A DNA stretch of 13,950 nucleotides from Sulfurihydrogenibium sp. (GCA_037442825.1 JBBIPN010000034.1:1-13950), one strand, 5' to 3'. Positions 1 through 8,429 are shown, counted from the first letter of the stretch. Program-made: numbers and translations. Notes: generated by a model from the sequence alone, not told the origin.

Positions 1-36
1 TATATCATTTCATAATCTTAATCTCTCTAAAATAAA

Positions 37-450
37 TTATTTATTGATATATTTTTTTTCATAATCAAACGTGTCTTTAACTATATTGAAATTTGTAAAG
101 TAGAAAAACATCTCTGTATCGCCTTTACTGTATTCACTGTATAGATAATCTATGTTAGCTGTTTTTGCAAAATATCTATCAATATTTATTTCTATAACAT
201 CGATATTGTATATTGGTTCTGCTCCCTATTTTTTAGAGTATACTCCTATTGATTGAAGTTTTTCATTGTTTAATTTTCCATCCTTGTTTTTATCAAATAA
301 TCTCAGTTTATTAATATTTTTTATTACTGCATCGTAGTTTATAAGATGTAGTTGAAAGTCTTTTTTATTTTCTACAAATTTGGTAATTATTAAGAAAGCT
401 AAACTTATGATAAGTAAAATAGATATTTTATTATTACTTATATTGTTAAT
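37..450 (-). pseudogene. Probable pseudogene/remnant of a membrane-anchored protein with an EF-hand-like motif
   Basis: Manual translation gives one frame of 138 codons (INNISNNKISILLIISLAFLIITKFVENKK...LFDKNKDGKLNNEKL...YSKK*GAEPIYN...YINK*). It is interrupted only by TAG at 226-228 and ends at TAA 37-39. It is bounded upstream by TAA 451-453 and has no ATG/GTG/TTG start near the 5' end. Absent from the ORF track. Confidence 0.55.
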
Positions 451-457
451 TTAGAAA

Positions 458-545
458 CGGAGGAGGAGGGATTCGAACCCCCGGTGGGCTGTCAACCCAC
501 AAGTGATTTCAAATCACCCGCATTCGTCCACTCTGCCACTCCTCC
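458..545 (-). tRNA. tRNA-Ser (anticodon TGA), class II with long variable arm, CCA not encoded
   Basis: Reverse complement: GGAGGAG TGGCAGAGTGGACGAATGCG GGTGA TT TGA AA TCACT TGTGGGTTGACAGCCCAC CGGGGGTTCGAATCCCTC CTCCTCC G. Shows a 7-bp acceptor stem, anticodon loop TTTGAAA, GTGGG/CCCAC variable stem, TTCGAAT T-loop and G discriminator. Confidence 0.97.
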
Positions 546-560
546 ATATTAGAGATATAA

Positions 561-589
561 ATTATAATCTAAAAAAATTAAATTTGCAA
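561..589 (-). promoter_or_regulatory. Putative sigma70 promoter for tRNA-Ser
   Basis: Minus strand TTGCAA (584-589), 17 nt spacer, TATAAT (561-566), ending 15 nt upstream of the tRNA 5' end. Confidence 0.75.
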
Positions 590-690
590 GTTTTTATATA
601 AGATGACTTTATCTGCTGAATATAGAAATTCTTTATAGTGTTTTTTTAAGATATAATTATATTACATATATAAAAAATTTAGGAGAAAAA

Positions 691-2025
691 ATGTTTAGAG
701 TTGCAATTGTTGGAAGACCAAATGTAGGGAAATCTTCACTTTTCAATAGATTGATAGGAAAAAGAAAGTCTATTATAGAAGATATACCAGGTGTAACAAG
801 AGATAGGATTATATCAACAACCCAGTGGAGAGATGTAAAATTTGAGGTTGTGGATACTGGTGGTTATATAACAGATGATAAAGACCAATTTTCACCTTAT
901 ATTAGAAAACAAGTTGAAAAAGAGTTGGAACTTTCTGATTTATTTGTTTTTGTAGTAGATGGGAAAGAAGGTTTAACAGAATTAGATAAAGAAATTGCAA
1001 ATATACTTCGTAAAACAGAAAAACCAGTAATAGTTGCAGTAAACAAAATAGATGACCCTCAAAAAGAAAAGTTGGCTTATGAATTTTACGAACTTGGGTT
1101 TGATAAAGTGGTACCAATATCTACAATTCAAAAGTTAGGTGTAGCAGATTTATTAGATGAAATTTATAAATACATTCCAGATTATGAAAAAGGTTTAGAA
1201 GAGGAAGAAAAAACAGAGGAAGTTAAAGATTATATAAGAGTTGCTATTGTTGGAAAGCCAAATGCAGGTAAATCTTCTCTATTAAATGCTATACTAAGGG
1301 AGGAGAGATCTTTAGTTTCTGATATTCCTGGAACAACAAGAGATACAGTAGATACTCTATTTGAAAAGGATGATCAAAAGTTTTTGTTTTTAGATACAGC
1401 TGGGATAAGAAAAAAATCAAAGGTTGAGTATGGTGTAGAGTTTTTTTCCGTAGGAAGATCTATTGAAGCTCTAGAGAAATCTGATGTAGTTGTCCTTGTT
1501 ATAGATGCTACACAAGGAGTTACAGAACAAGACACGAAAATAGCAGGTCTTATACAAAGAAAATATAAACCAGCTGTTATTGTTATAAATAAAATAGACA
1601 CTTTAGAAGAAAAAAATATCGAAAAAATTAAAAAGCAAGTTAGGGAAAAACTTTATTTCATTAGTTATGCACCTATTGTTTTTACTTCTGCAAAAAATAA
1701 AGTAGGAATAGAAGAGTTAATAAAACAGATAGTTTATGTATACAATCAAGTTTGGAAGAGAGTAGGAACAGGACAGTTAAATAGAGCTATAAAGCAGATA
1801 CAAAGTCTTAGACAACCTCCTTCTTATCAAGGAAAACCATTAAAAATATACTACGCTACTCAACTTGAGGGAAAACCACCAGCATTTTTACTTTTTGTAA
1901 ACAAAGTCGAAGGCTTTAAAGAAAATTACATTAAATTTTTAGAAAACAATCTAAGAAAGTTATTAGGTTTTGAAAATACACCAATAAAACTAATCTTTAA
2001 AGGGAAAGAAAAAGATAAAGAGTAA
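691..2025 (+). CDS. der: Ribosome biogenesis GTPase Der (EngA)
   Basis: Two tandem G domains (GRPNVGKSS/DTGG/NKID and GKPNAGKSS/DTAG/NKID), both with PGxTRD, an acidic linker and a C-terminal KH-like domain. AGGAG RBS at 681-685. Confidence 0.98.
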   Translation: MFRVAIVGRPNVGKSSLFNRLIGKRKSIIEDIPGVTRDRIISTTQWRDVKFEVVDTGGYITDDKDQFSPYIRKQVEKELELSDLFVFVVDGKEGLTELDKEIANILRKTEKPVIVAVNKIDDPQKEKLAYEFYELGFDKVVPISTIQKLGVADLLDEIYKYIPDYEKGLEEEEKTEEVKDYIRVAIVGKPNAGKSSLLNAILREERSLVSDIPGTTRDTVDTLFEKDDQKFLFLDTAGIRKKSKVEYGVEFFSVGRSIEALEKSDVVVLVIDATQGVTEQDTKIAGLIQRKYKPAVIVINKIDTLEEKNIEKIKKQVREKLYFISYAPIVFTSAKNKVGIEELIKQIVYVYNQVWKRVGTGQLNRAIKQIQSLRQPPSYQGKPLKIYYATQLEGKPPAFLLFVNKVEGFKENYIKFLENNLRKLLGFENTPIKLIFKGKEKDKE

Positions 2026-2033
2026 AACCTCTA

Positions 2034-2042
2034 TGATAAAAT
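2034..2042 (+). promoter_or_regulatory. Possible extended -10 promoter for the C-N hydrolase/pyrE pair
   Basis: TG-A-TAAAAT in the 46-nt der/hydrolase spacer. The AT-rich background makes a chance match possible. Confidence 0.35.
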
Positions 2043-2071
2043 ATAAATCCTAAATTTTATTAGGGGTAAAA

Positions 2072-2824
2072 ATGTTAGCATATGCGTTACAGCTTAATTT
2101 AGAGTTAGGAAATATTGAAAAAAATCTAAATAAAATATATGAAATACTAAATTCAAGAAAGATAAAATCAGAAGCTTTGGTTTTACTTCCTGAAATGTTT
2201 AGTTGTGGATTCGACAATGAAAGATTATTTGAACATTCAAAAAAAACACCAAAAATTTACAGAGATTTGCAAAAAATATCTCATGAAAAAAAACTTGTAA
2301 TAGCTGGAACATTACCAGAAAGGAAGAAAAACGATATCTACAATATAGGTTTTATAATAGATAATGGAGAACTTACAGCTAAAAGACCAAAAGTTAAACT
2401 TTTTACTCCAACAGATGAACATAAGTATTTTAAAGGAGGTAAAAACTTACATATAGATATTACTGAAAGCTCTGCTGGGAATTTAGGTTTTATGATATGT
2501 TTTGAATTAAGATTTCCTAATATATCTTACCATTTAAGAAAAAAGGATGTAGAGATTATAGTTGTTCCTGCACAGTGGGGAAAAGAAAGAACAGAACATT
2601 TAAAAACGTTAGCAAAAGCAAGAGCAATAGAAACACAATCTTATGTAGTTGTTAGTAATACTGTTGGTAAAATTGGAAATATAGAGTATGCAGGATATTC
2701 TGCTATTTATTCACCATGGGGCGATCTGTTAGACATAGAAAGAAATGAAGAAGGTATAGTGTACGCGGATATAGATTTAGACGAAGTATGTAAAGTAAGA
2801 AATAAAATAAAGATGGAGTTGTAA
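2072..2824 (+). CDS. Carbon-nitrogen hydrolase (nitrilase superfamily, Nit/omega-amidase-like)
   Basis: Glu-Lys-Cys triad motifs: LLPEMF, PKVKLF, ICFELRFP. Also has ARAIETQ and G-x-S-x-I-x-x-PWG motifs. Confidence 0.9.
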   Translation: MLAYALQLNLELGNIEKNLNKIYEILNSRKIKSEALVLLPEMFSCGFDNERLFEHSKKTPKIYRDLQKISHEKKLVIAGTLPERKKNDIYNIGFIIDNGELTAKRPKVKLFTPTDEHKYFKGGKNLHIDITESSAGNLGFMICFELRFPNISYHLRKKDVEIIVVPAQWGKERTEHLKTLAKARAIETQSYVVVSNTVGKIGNIEYAGYSAIYSPWGDLLDIERNEEGIVYADIDLDEVCKVRNKIKMEL

Positions 2825-2825
2825 G

Positions 2826-3377
2826 ATGGACTATAAAAAAAGATTAGAAGAGCTGATTAAAGAGAAAGCTTTAAAAGTAGCAGACCAACCAATCTTTAAG
2901 CTTTCATCGGGAAGGATGAGTAACTACTATTTAGATTTAAGGACAATAACATTGGACCCAGAAGGTGGTTATATTATTGGTAATCTAATCTATCAGATGA
3001 TTAAAGATAAAAATGTAGATGCGATAGGTGGTTTAACCTTAGGTGCAGATCCTATAGCCTATGCAACATCTCTTATTTCTTTCATTAATAACAATCCTAT
3101 TAAACCGTTTGTTGTAAGAAAAGAACCAAAAGGACATGGAACAGGTAAACAGATAGAAGGTAATGTTAAACCAGGCGAAAATGTATTTATTGTTGAAGAT
3201 GTTGTAACAACTGCTGGCTCTTCCTTAAAAGCATGTAAAGTAGCAAAAGATTTTGGTTTAAATATACTTGGTGTTATAGCTATTGTTGATAGAGAAGAAG
3301 GGGGAGGAGAAAATCTAAAAAATGAAGGTTTTGATTTAATACCTATCTTTAAAGTTTCTCAACTACTTAAAAAGTAG
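2826..3377 (+). CDS. pyrE: Orotate phosphoribosyltransferase
   Basis: FKLSSGRMSNYYLD, RKEPKGHG flexible loop, PRPP-binding IVEDVVTTAGS and IVDREEG motifs. Confidence 0.96.
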   Translation: MDYKKRLEELIKEKALKVADQPIFKLSSGRMSNYYLDLRTITLDPEGGYIIGNLIYQMIKDKNVDAIGGLTLGADPIAYATSLISFINNNPIKPFVVRKEPKGHGTGKQIEGNVKPGENVFIVEDVVTTAGSSLKACKVAKDFGLNILGVIAIVDREEGGGENLKNEGFDLIPIFKVSQLLKK

Positions 3378-4167
3378 GATGACCTATCAACCAAAACACA
3401 ATAAATGCTAATAAGCTTCCTATTAACGTAAGGTAGGAAGCTTTTCTTCCTTTTAAATGTTTTATTATCCTTGCATGAAGTATAAAACCATAGAAGATCC
3501 ATAATAAAAATAGTAATATCTGTTTTGTATCCCAAACCCAATGTTTCCCTATATATATAGCTGTCCATATAGAAGAAGATATTAATCCTATGCTCATAAA
3601 TATAAATGCAAAAATTGTTGCTTTATACTCTAAATTTTGAATAAACATCAATGAAGAAGAAAATTTTGATATAAAGAAAGAGTTAAACTTTTTATTTTTC
3701 AAATCCCTATCTGTAAATATATAAATAACAGCAAATATTGTAGAAAACACTATCAAACCATAACTAAAAATTAAAGATCCTACATGAAGATAAAACCAAA
3801 TACTATCATACCTATTTGAAGGTTCCGATGAAATTGGTAAAGAAAATGCAGTTAAAAACATTACTAATGGTGCAACCAATGAGCCAAAATCTATAATCTT
3901 TTTTCTGTAAGCAAATGAAAAACTATAGAATATAAAGGAAACTATTAAAGCCATAAAATTCAAAATATCACTTATACTACTTAAAGGTAAATTTCCTTGT
4001 TGATATGTTCTTAACAAAAATAAAAATATCTGTAATGTAAAACCTATACCAAAGAAAGAGTAACCTAACTTTTGATATTTAGATACTCTATTGAAAATGT
4101 ATATCCAGAAACTTATGGAAGATAAAAAATATAGTATTATCAAAGCTAATATAAGAAACTTTTCCAT
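3367..4167 (-). CDS. ccsA: Cytochrome c assembly family membrane protein (CcsA/HemX-like)
   Basis: About 8 hydrophobic segments, WFYLHV, a Trp-rich IWTAIYIGKHWVWDTKQ (WWD-like) domain, YGFILHAR and a C-terminal GH. GAGG RBS upstream. Confidence 0.8.
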   Translation of the reverse strand: MEKFLILALIILYFLSSISFWIYIFNRVSKYQKLGYSFFGIGFTLQIFLFLLRTYQQGNLPLSSISDILNFMALIVSFIFYSFSFAYRKKIIDFGSLVAPLVMFLTAFSLPISSEPSNRYDSIWFYLHVGSLIFSYGLIVFSTIFAVIYIFTDRDLKNKKFNSFFISKFSSSLMFIQNLEYKATIFAFIFMSIGLISSSIWTAIYIGKHWVWDTKQILLFLLWIFYGFILHARIIKHLKGRKASYLTLIGSLLAFIVFWLIGHPTF

Positions 4168-4196
4168 TAAAACCTCATAATATACTGTTTGATTAA

Positions 4197-4225
4197 ATTA
4201 TATCAAAGATTTTGAAAGTTTTGAA
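4197..4225 (-). promoter_or_regulatory. Putative sigma70 promoter for the ccsA-like gene
   Basis: Minus strand TTCAAA (4220-4225), 17 nt spacer, TATAAT (4197-4202), with an extended -10 TG at 4204-4205. Confidence 0.6.
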
Positions 4226-4230
4226 TGGTT

Positions 4231-4743
4231 TTAAATCTTACTTTTTAAAAGTTTTAATATACCAGAAATTATATCTATTGGTTCTGGTGGACATCCTTTA
4301 ATCCAAACATCCACTGGTATTTTTCCATTAATACCATCCATAATCCCATAACTACCTTTAAATACTCCACCATCTAAAGTACAATCTCCTACTGCAATTA
4401 CAAACTTAGGATGTGGCACATTTTCATAAGCTTTCATAACAGCTTCATACATGTTTCTTGTTAAACATCCAGTTATTAAAATAGCATCTGCATGTTTTGG
4501 AGAAGCTACAAACTTAATCCCAAATCTTTCAACATCGTAGTAAGGATTAGATAACGCTGAAATCTCATATTCACAAGCATTACAGGAACCACTATCTACT
4601 TCTCTAATTGTAAAACTTCCATTGAAATATTTATCTATAATATCTTTTAACTCATTACCTAATATTTCTATATTTTCATCTTTTATCTCTATTTTTTCAG
4701 GTTTTAAACCTTCTTTTAGTCTCTCCTTTATTAACCTAAACAT
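4231..4743 (-). CDS. hyfI: Ehr/hydrogenase-4-like small subunit (HyfI/HycG/NuoB family, one [4Fe-4S])
   Basis: GSCNACE, DVERFGIKFVASPKHAD, AVGDC and GCPPEP motifs supply four cluster Cys. Confidence 0.9.
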   Translation of the reverse strand: MFRLIKERLKEGLKPEKIEIKDENIEILGNELKDIIDKYFNGSFTIREVDSGSCNACEYEISALSNPYYDVERFGIKFVASPKHADAILITGCLTRNMYEAVMKAYENVPHPKFVIAVGDCTLDGGVFKGSYGIMDGINGKIPVDVWIKGCPPEPIDIISGILKLLKSKI

Positions 4744-4754
4744 CTTTTTAACCT

Positions 4755-6326
4755 CTATAAATCGTTTCCTGCATAGCTTAAATTTAAACTTTTATTGACA
4801 AGTGGGAAATCTGCAACAATATCTCCAAGGACTGCAAATTGTATAGCTTGCCAGTTGTTAAAAGAAGGGTCCCTAACTTTTAACCTATCTATATTTCCGT
4901 CTTTATCTACTTTTACAAAATGGACAGTACTACCCCTTTGTCCTTCACTATAACCTATTGTCCAGCTATTAGGAACTACTGGATTTGGTTGTGTGTATAT
5001 TTCCCCATCTGGTAAGTCAGATAAAATCTCTTTAATAATAGAAATACTATCTTCTATATCTGCAAATCTACACATTAATCTTGCAAAACAATCTCCTTCT
5101 TCAAATGTTTGACTTGAAAAAGCCAATTTATCATATATTAAAAATGGATGTTGTTTTCTCATATCAGAATGTCTATTGGAAGATCTTGCTATATAACCAA
5201 CACAAGAAAGGTCTTTTACGGTTTCATACTTTATCCTTCCAGTTGTTTCAAATCTATCTAATATAGATGCACTACTTAAAAGTATGTTTTTATAAAAGAA
5301 ATATTTCTCTGTTATATAACTTAATTTGTCTATTATTGAACCTACTTTTTCTTTGTCAATATCAAGATTAACACCACCAATAGTTAAAACATTCTTATTA
5401 AATCTATTTCTAGAAAGAGTTTTATTTAGTCTCATTAGTTCTTCTTTCAGTATAAACATACCTTGAGCACCAAAACTATAAGCTACATCTTGAAACAACC
5501 ATGCAACATCGTTAATATTACACATTAATCTTTCAAGTTCTAAAAATAATACCCTTATATATTTAGCTTTCAATGGTATCTTAGTGTTAGATAGATTCTC
5601 TATAGCTTGTAGATAAGCTAAAGTATGGGCTACTGTATGGTCACCAGATATTTTAGAAACTAAATCTATAACATCTTCTGGTTTTTTACCTTCTGCTAAC
5701 TTTTCAATACCTCTATGTTTCCAGAAATGTCTAATCTCAAGTTGAAGTATATGTTCTCCAGCTAAAGAAAATCTAAAATGTCCTGGTTCTATAATACTAG
5801 CATGTATTGGCCCAACAAGTATATTAAATACTCCTTCCCCTTCTACAGATTTATACTCATACTTTCCATAATTTTTAAAATTTGGTCTATCAGAAACATT
5901 AAAGTCTTTCCGTAAAGGATGTACGTTTGATGGAAAGTTTTCAGGAAATAAAACAAGTGGTCTTGGATCTGGATGATTTAAAGGTATCAAGCCAAACATA
6001 TCTTTAATTTCTCTTTCATACCAGTTTAAAGCAGGTATATTGTTAGATAACGAGTTAAATTCTGATTTAACTTTATTTTCAATTATAAAAAATAAATTTT
6101 TCTTTGGATAAGAATAAATATACCTTAAAGTAAAACATTCATCTTCAGTGAATCTATCATCAGTTGCTACTACAGTAACTAAATCACAATCTAAATCTCT
6201 AAAAAGGTAAGAAGATACATTTGCTAAGTTAAAATCAGAAACTTCTAAAACTAACTGATTATTTTGGTTAAATCTATATCCTTTAATATAATCTTTTATT
6301 GGACTTAAGACTTCTTCTATCATCAT
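4755..6326 (-). CDS. hyfG: Ehr large subunit (HyfG/HycE-like NuoC+NuoD fusion) lacking the Ni-Fe cysteines
   Basis: NuoC-like part: WYEREIKDMFG, HPDPRPL, HPLRKDF. NuoD-like part: GPIHASIIEPGHFRF, HRGIEK, ELERL, EGQRG, RDPSFNNW. L1 reads KISGDH and L2 reads NLSYAG, neither with CxxC. ATGA overlap with hyfF. Confidence 0.9.
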   Translation of the reverse strand: MMIEEVLSPIKDYIKGYRFNQNNQLVLEVSDFNLANVSSYLFRDLDCDLVTVVATDDRFTEDECFTLRYIYSYPKKNLFFIIENKVKSEFNSLSNNIPALNWYEREIKDMFGLIPLNHPDPRPLVLFPENFPSNVHPLRKDFNVSDRPNFKNYGKYEYKSVEGEGVFNILVGPIHASIIEPGHFRFSLAGEHILQLEIRHFWKHRGIEKLAEGKKPEDVIDLVSKISGDHTVAHTLAYLQAIENLSNTKIPLKAKYIRVLFLELERLMCNINDVAWLFQDVAYSFGAQGMFILKEELMRLNKTLSRNRFNKNVLTIGGVNLDIDKEKVGSIIDKLSYITEKYFFYKNILLSSASILDRFETTGRIKYETVKDLSCVGYIARSSNRHSDMRKQHPFLIYDKLAFSSQTFEEGDCFARLMCRFADIEDSISIIKEILSDLPDGEIYTQPNPVVPNSWTIGYSEGQRGSTVHFVKVDKDGNIDRLKVRDPSFNNWQAIQFAVLGDIVADFPLVNKSLNLSYAGNDL

Positions 6327-7771
6327 TTAACCTCTAAAATAGTAGGTATATTATTTAGTAAAACTAAAATATTCTCTGGGATATAAAAAGTTAAAACCAA
6401 TGCAAAGACTAAGAGAGAGTATATAGGTAAAAGTATAGCAAAGTTTTCTTTATATTTTTTGTCACTATCTCCCATAACCATATTTAAAAAGTGATAAATA
6501 AATCCACCAAATATGACTATAAGTAAGAATATCAATACTACTGTAGAAATGTAAAAATTAGAGCTAAAAGCAGAAAGGAAAATTAGAAACTCTGAATAAA
6601 ATACATTAAAAGGTGGTGTTCCTGTAATTGCTAAGACAGATAATATTAAAGCAGTTGATGTTAAAGGCATAGATTTAAAAAGACCTTTAGTGCTAAAAAT
6701 ATCTCTTGAATGAGTGTTGACCAATATATTACCAACTGACATAAATATTGCAGTTTTAACTATAGCATGGTTTAAAAGATGGTAAATTCCAGCAAATATA
6801 CTTAGTTTTGTATTTACAGAGAAAGCGAAGGTTATTAAAGCCATATGTTCCATAGATGAATAAGCGAGAAGCCTTTTATAATCTACTTGGCGGATTATAA
6901 ATATAGTTGATATAAAAACAGTGAAAACAGAGAAGAAGAGAAGATATTTATCAGCATCTAAAACATAACCATTTTTATTTAAAATAGCATATACTCTTAA
7001 AATAGAGTATAAAGCACAGTTTAGTAAAACACCAGACATAAGAGCACTAATCGGTGTTGGTGCTTGAGAGTGAGCATCTGGAAGCCAAAAGTGTAAAGGA
7101 GCAAAACCTACTTTTGTTCCAAATCCAATAACAATAAAGATAAAAGCAAGTAAAAGTAAGTGAGGATTTAATTTTCCAGCAATATCGTATATGTTGGTCC
7201 AGTTTAGAGATTCCATTGAATGACCTAATAAAGGGAAAGAGTTAAAGTATAGTAGAATTATTCCAAAAAGTGCTAATGCTATACCAATAGAACATAAAAT
7301 TATATACTTCCACCCAGCTTCAACGGCTTCTTTATTTCTATAATAGCTAATCAAAAATGCTGTTGCTAATGTAGTTCCTTCAATAGCTATCCATAGAATA
7401 CCAAAATTATTAGAAACTGTAAGTAAAACCATTGCAAATATAAAAAGATTCATCCAAAAGTAAAACTTATTAACATTTTTTTCTTTTATTCCATGTTCCA
7501 TCTCTTTTTTCATATAACCAATACTATATATTGAAACAAAGAAAGCAATCAAAAGAATTACGAAAAGTAAAACTCCATTTAAAGAGTCTAAAAATAGAAG
7601 ATTATTTAGTTCAAAAATTCTATCTTGTGGATTTTTAATATTAGAAATTAAGCTAATTCCAATAAATAGATTTATTGCTGATATAAAAATTTGAAATAAA
7701 AAAACATACCTAACATTTAAAAAATAACTTAAAACAGACCATAAAAGCTGCAAAAATAGAATAACTTTCAT
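6323..7771 (-). CDS. hyfF: Proton-translocating antiporter-like subunit, HyfF-like
   Basis: Highly hydrophobic, with WIAIEGTTLAT, EAGWKY, GTKVGFAPLHFWLPDAHSQAP, KRLLAYSSMEH and NHAIVK motifs. Confidence 0.9.
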   Translation of the reverse strand: MKVILFLQLLWSVLSYFLNVRYVFLFQIFISAINLFIGISLISNIKNPQDRIFELNNLLFLDSLNGVLLFVILLIAFFVSIYSIGYMKKEMEHGIKEKNVNKFYFWMNLFIFAMVLLTVSNNFGILWIAIEGTTLATAFLISYYRNKEAVEAGWKYIILCSIGIALALFGIILLYFNSFPLLGHSMESLNWTNIYDIAGKLNPHLLLLAFIFIVIGFGTKVGFAPLHFWLPDAHSQAPTPISALMSGVLLNCALYSILRVYAILNKNGYVLDADKYLLFFSVFTVFISTIFIIRQVDYKRLLAYSSMEHMALITFAFSVNTKLSIFAGIYHLLNHAIVKTAIFMSVGNILVNTHSRDIFSTKGLFKSMPLTSTALILSVLAITGTPPFNVFYSEFLIFLSAFSSNFYISTVVLIFLLIVIFGGFIYHFLNMVMGDSDKKYKENFAILLPIYSLLVFALVLTFYIPENILVLLNNIPTILEVK

Positions 7772-7774
7772 TCT

Positions 7775-8422
7775 CTACTCCCTTAAATTAGAAAGCTTAG
7801 ATGTATCTATACTGTCTATAGTAGTTTTTATTTGAAATACAAAAATTGCTGCCATTAAAGCTCCTACAAAAACATCAAAAAATATACCTATTTCTACTAT
7901 CATAGGCATACCTTTAGTTAAGGAAGAACCAGCTAAAAATATACCATTTTCCATTGTTAGAAAACCTAATATCTGAGATAAGGCTTTTTTCCTTACAATC
8001 ATTGTAAATAAGCCAATTAAAATAATACCTAAGGATAATGGAAATATTTGCTTAGCTACAACTTCACCAGAAATATCAATTTTTATTGAGATATAAAAAG
8101 AAAGTATTATAATTAAGATAGATATCAATAAAGAGTTTGTAATACCAATATAGACGGAAATTTCCCTATCTAACCTCATTTTTTCCACAACTTTAAAAAG
8201 CAAGTATGGAATGAGAATAGTTTTTATTATAAAATTCAAAAATGCAGAGAGATAAAGTTCAAACTCATTAAAAGTAATTCCAATAAATAAAATAGAGATA
8301 GATAAAAATAAAGATTGAAGTTGATAAATTTTAATAGATAAATTAAGTCTATTACTAGAAAGTTGAGCTATAGCTATAAACAGTGATAATGCTCCAAAAA
8401 ATTCTACTAAAAACTTAACCAT
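7775..8422 (-). CDS. hyfE: Membrane subunit, HyfE-like
   Basis: 215-aa polytopic protein with YQLQS, QILGFLTMENGI, GMPMIVEIGIFFD and a C-terminal LSNLRE. Lies between hyfC and hyfF. Confidence 0.85.
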   Translation of the reverse strand: MVKFLVEFFGALSLFIAIAQLSSNRLNLSIKIYQLQSLFLSISILFIGITFNEFELYLSAFLNFIIKTILIPYLLFKVVEKMRLDREISVYIGITNSLLISILIIILSFYISIKIDISGEVVAKQIFPLSLGIILIGLFTMIVRKKALSQILGFLTMENGIFLAGSSLTKGMPMIVEIGIFFDVFVGALMAAIFVFQIKTTIDSIDTSKLSNLRE

Positions 8423-8429
8423 TTTCTCC

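Noticed and set aside
459..470. GGAGGAGGAGGG as a strong plus-strand RBS or microsatellite
   Set aside because: It is the reverse complement of the tRNA-Ser acceptor/T stem.
458..545. Selenocysteine or suppressor tRNA that could explain the nearby in-frame stop
   Set aside because: The anticodon is TGA (reads UCA, Ser), not TCA or CTA, and the acceptor stem is the normal 7 bp.
902..1601. Minus-strand ORFs 902..1117 and 1374..1601
   Set aside because: Antisense shadows entirely within der, with no recognisable motifs.
3359..3568. 69-aa minus-strand ORF
   Set aside because: Alternative frame overlapping the ccsA-like CDS, with no supporting features.
4189..4206. Canonical FNR box
   Set aside because: Half-sites are separated by 8 nt rather than 4; kept only as an unassigned palindrome.
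5081..5266. 61-aa plus-strand ORF
   Set aside because: Antisense to the Ehr large subunit, with no motifs.
4755..6326. Functional [NiFe] hydrogenase / formate hydrogenlyase call
   Set aside because: Both CxxC Ni-binding motifs are absent, and no maturation or fdh genes are in the window.
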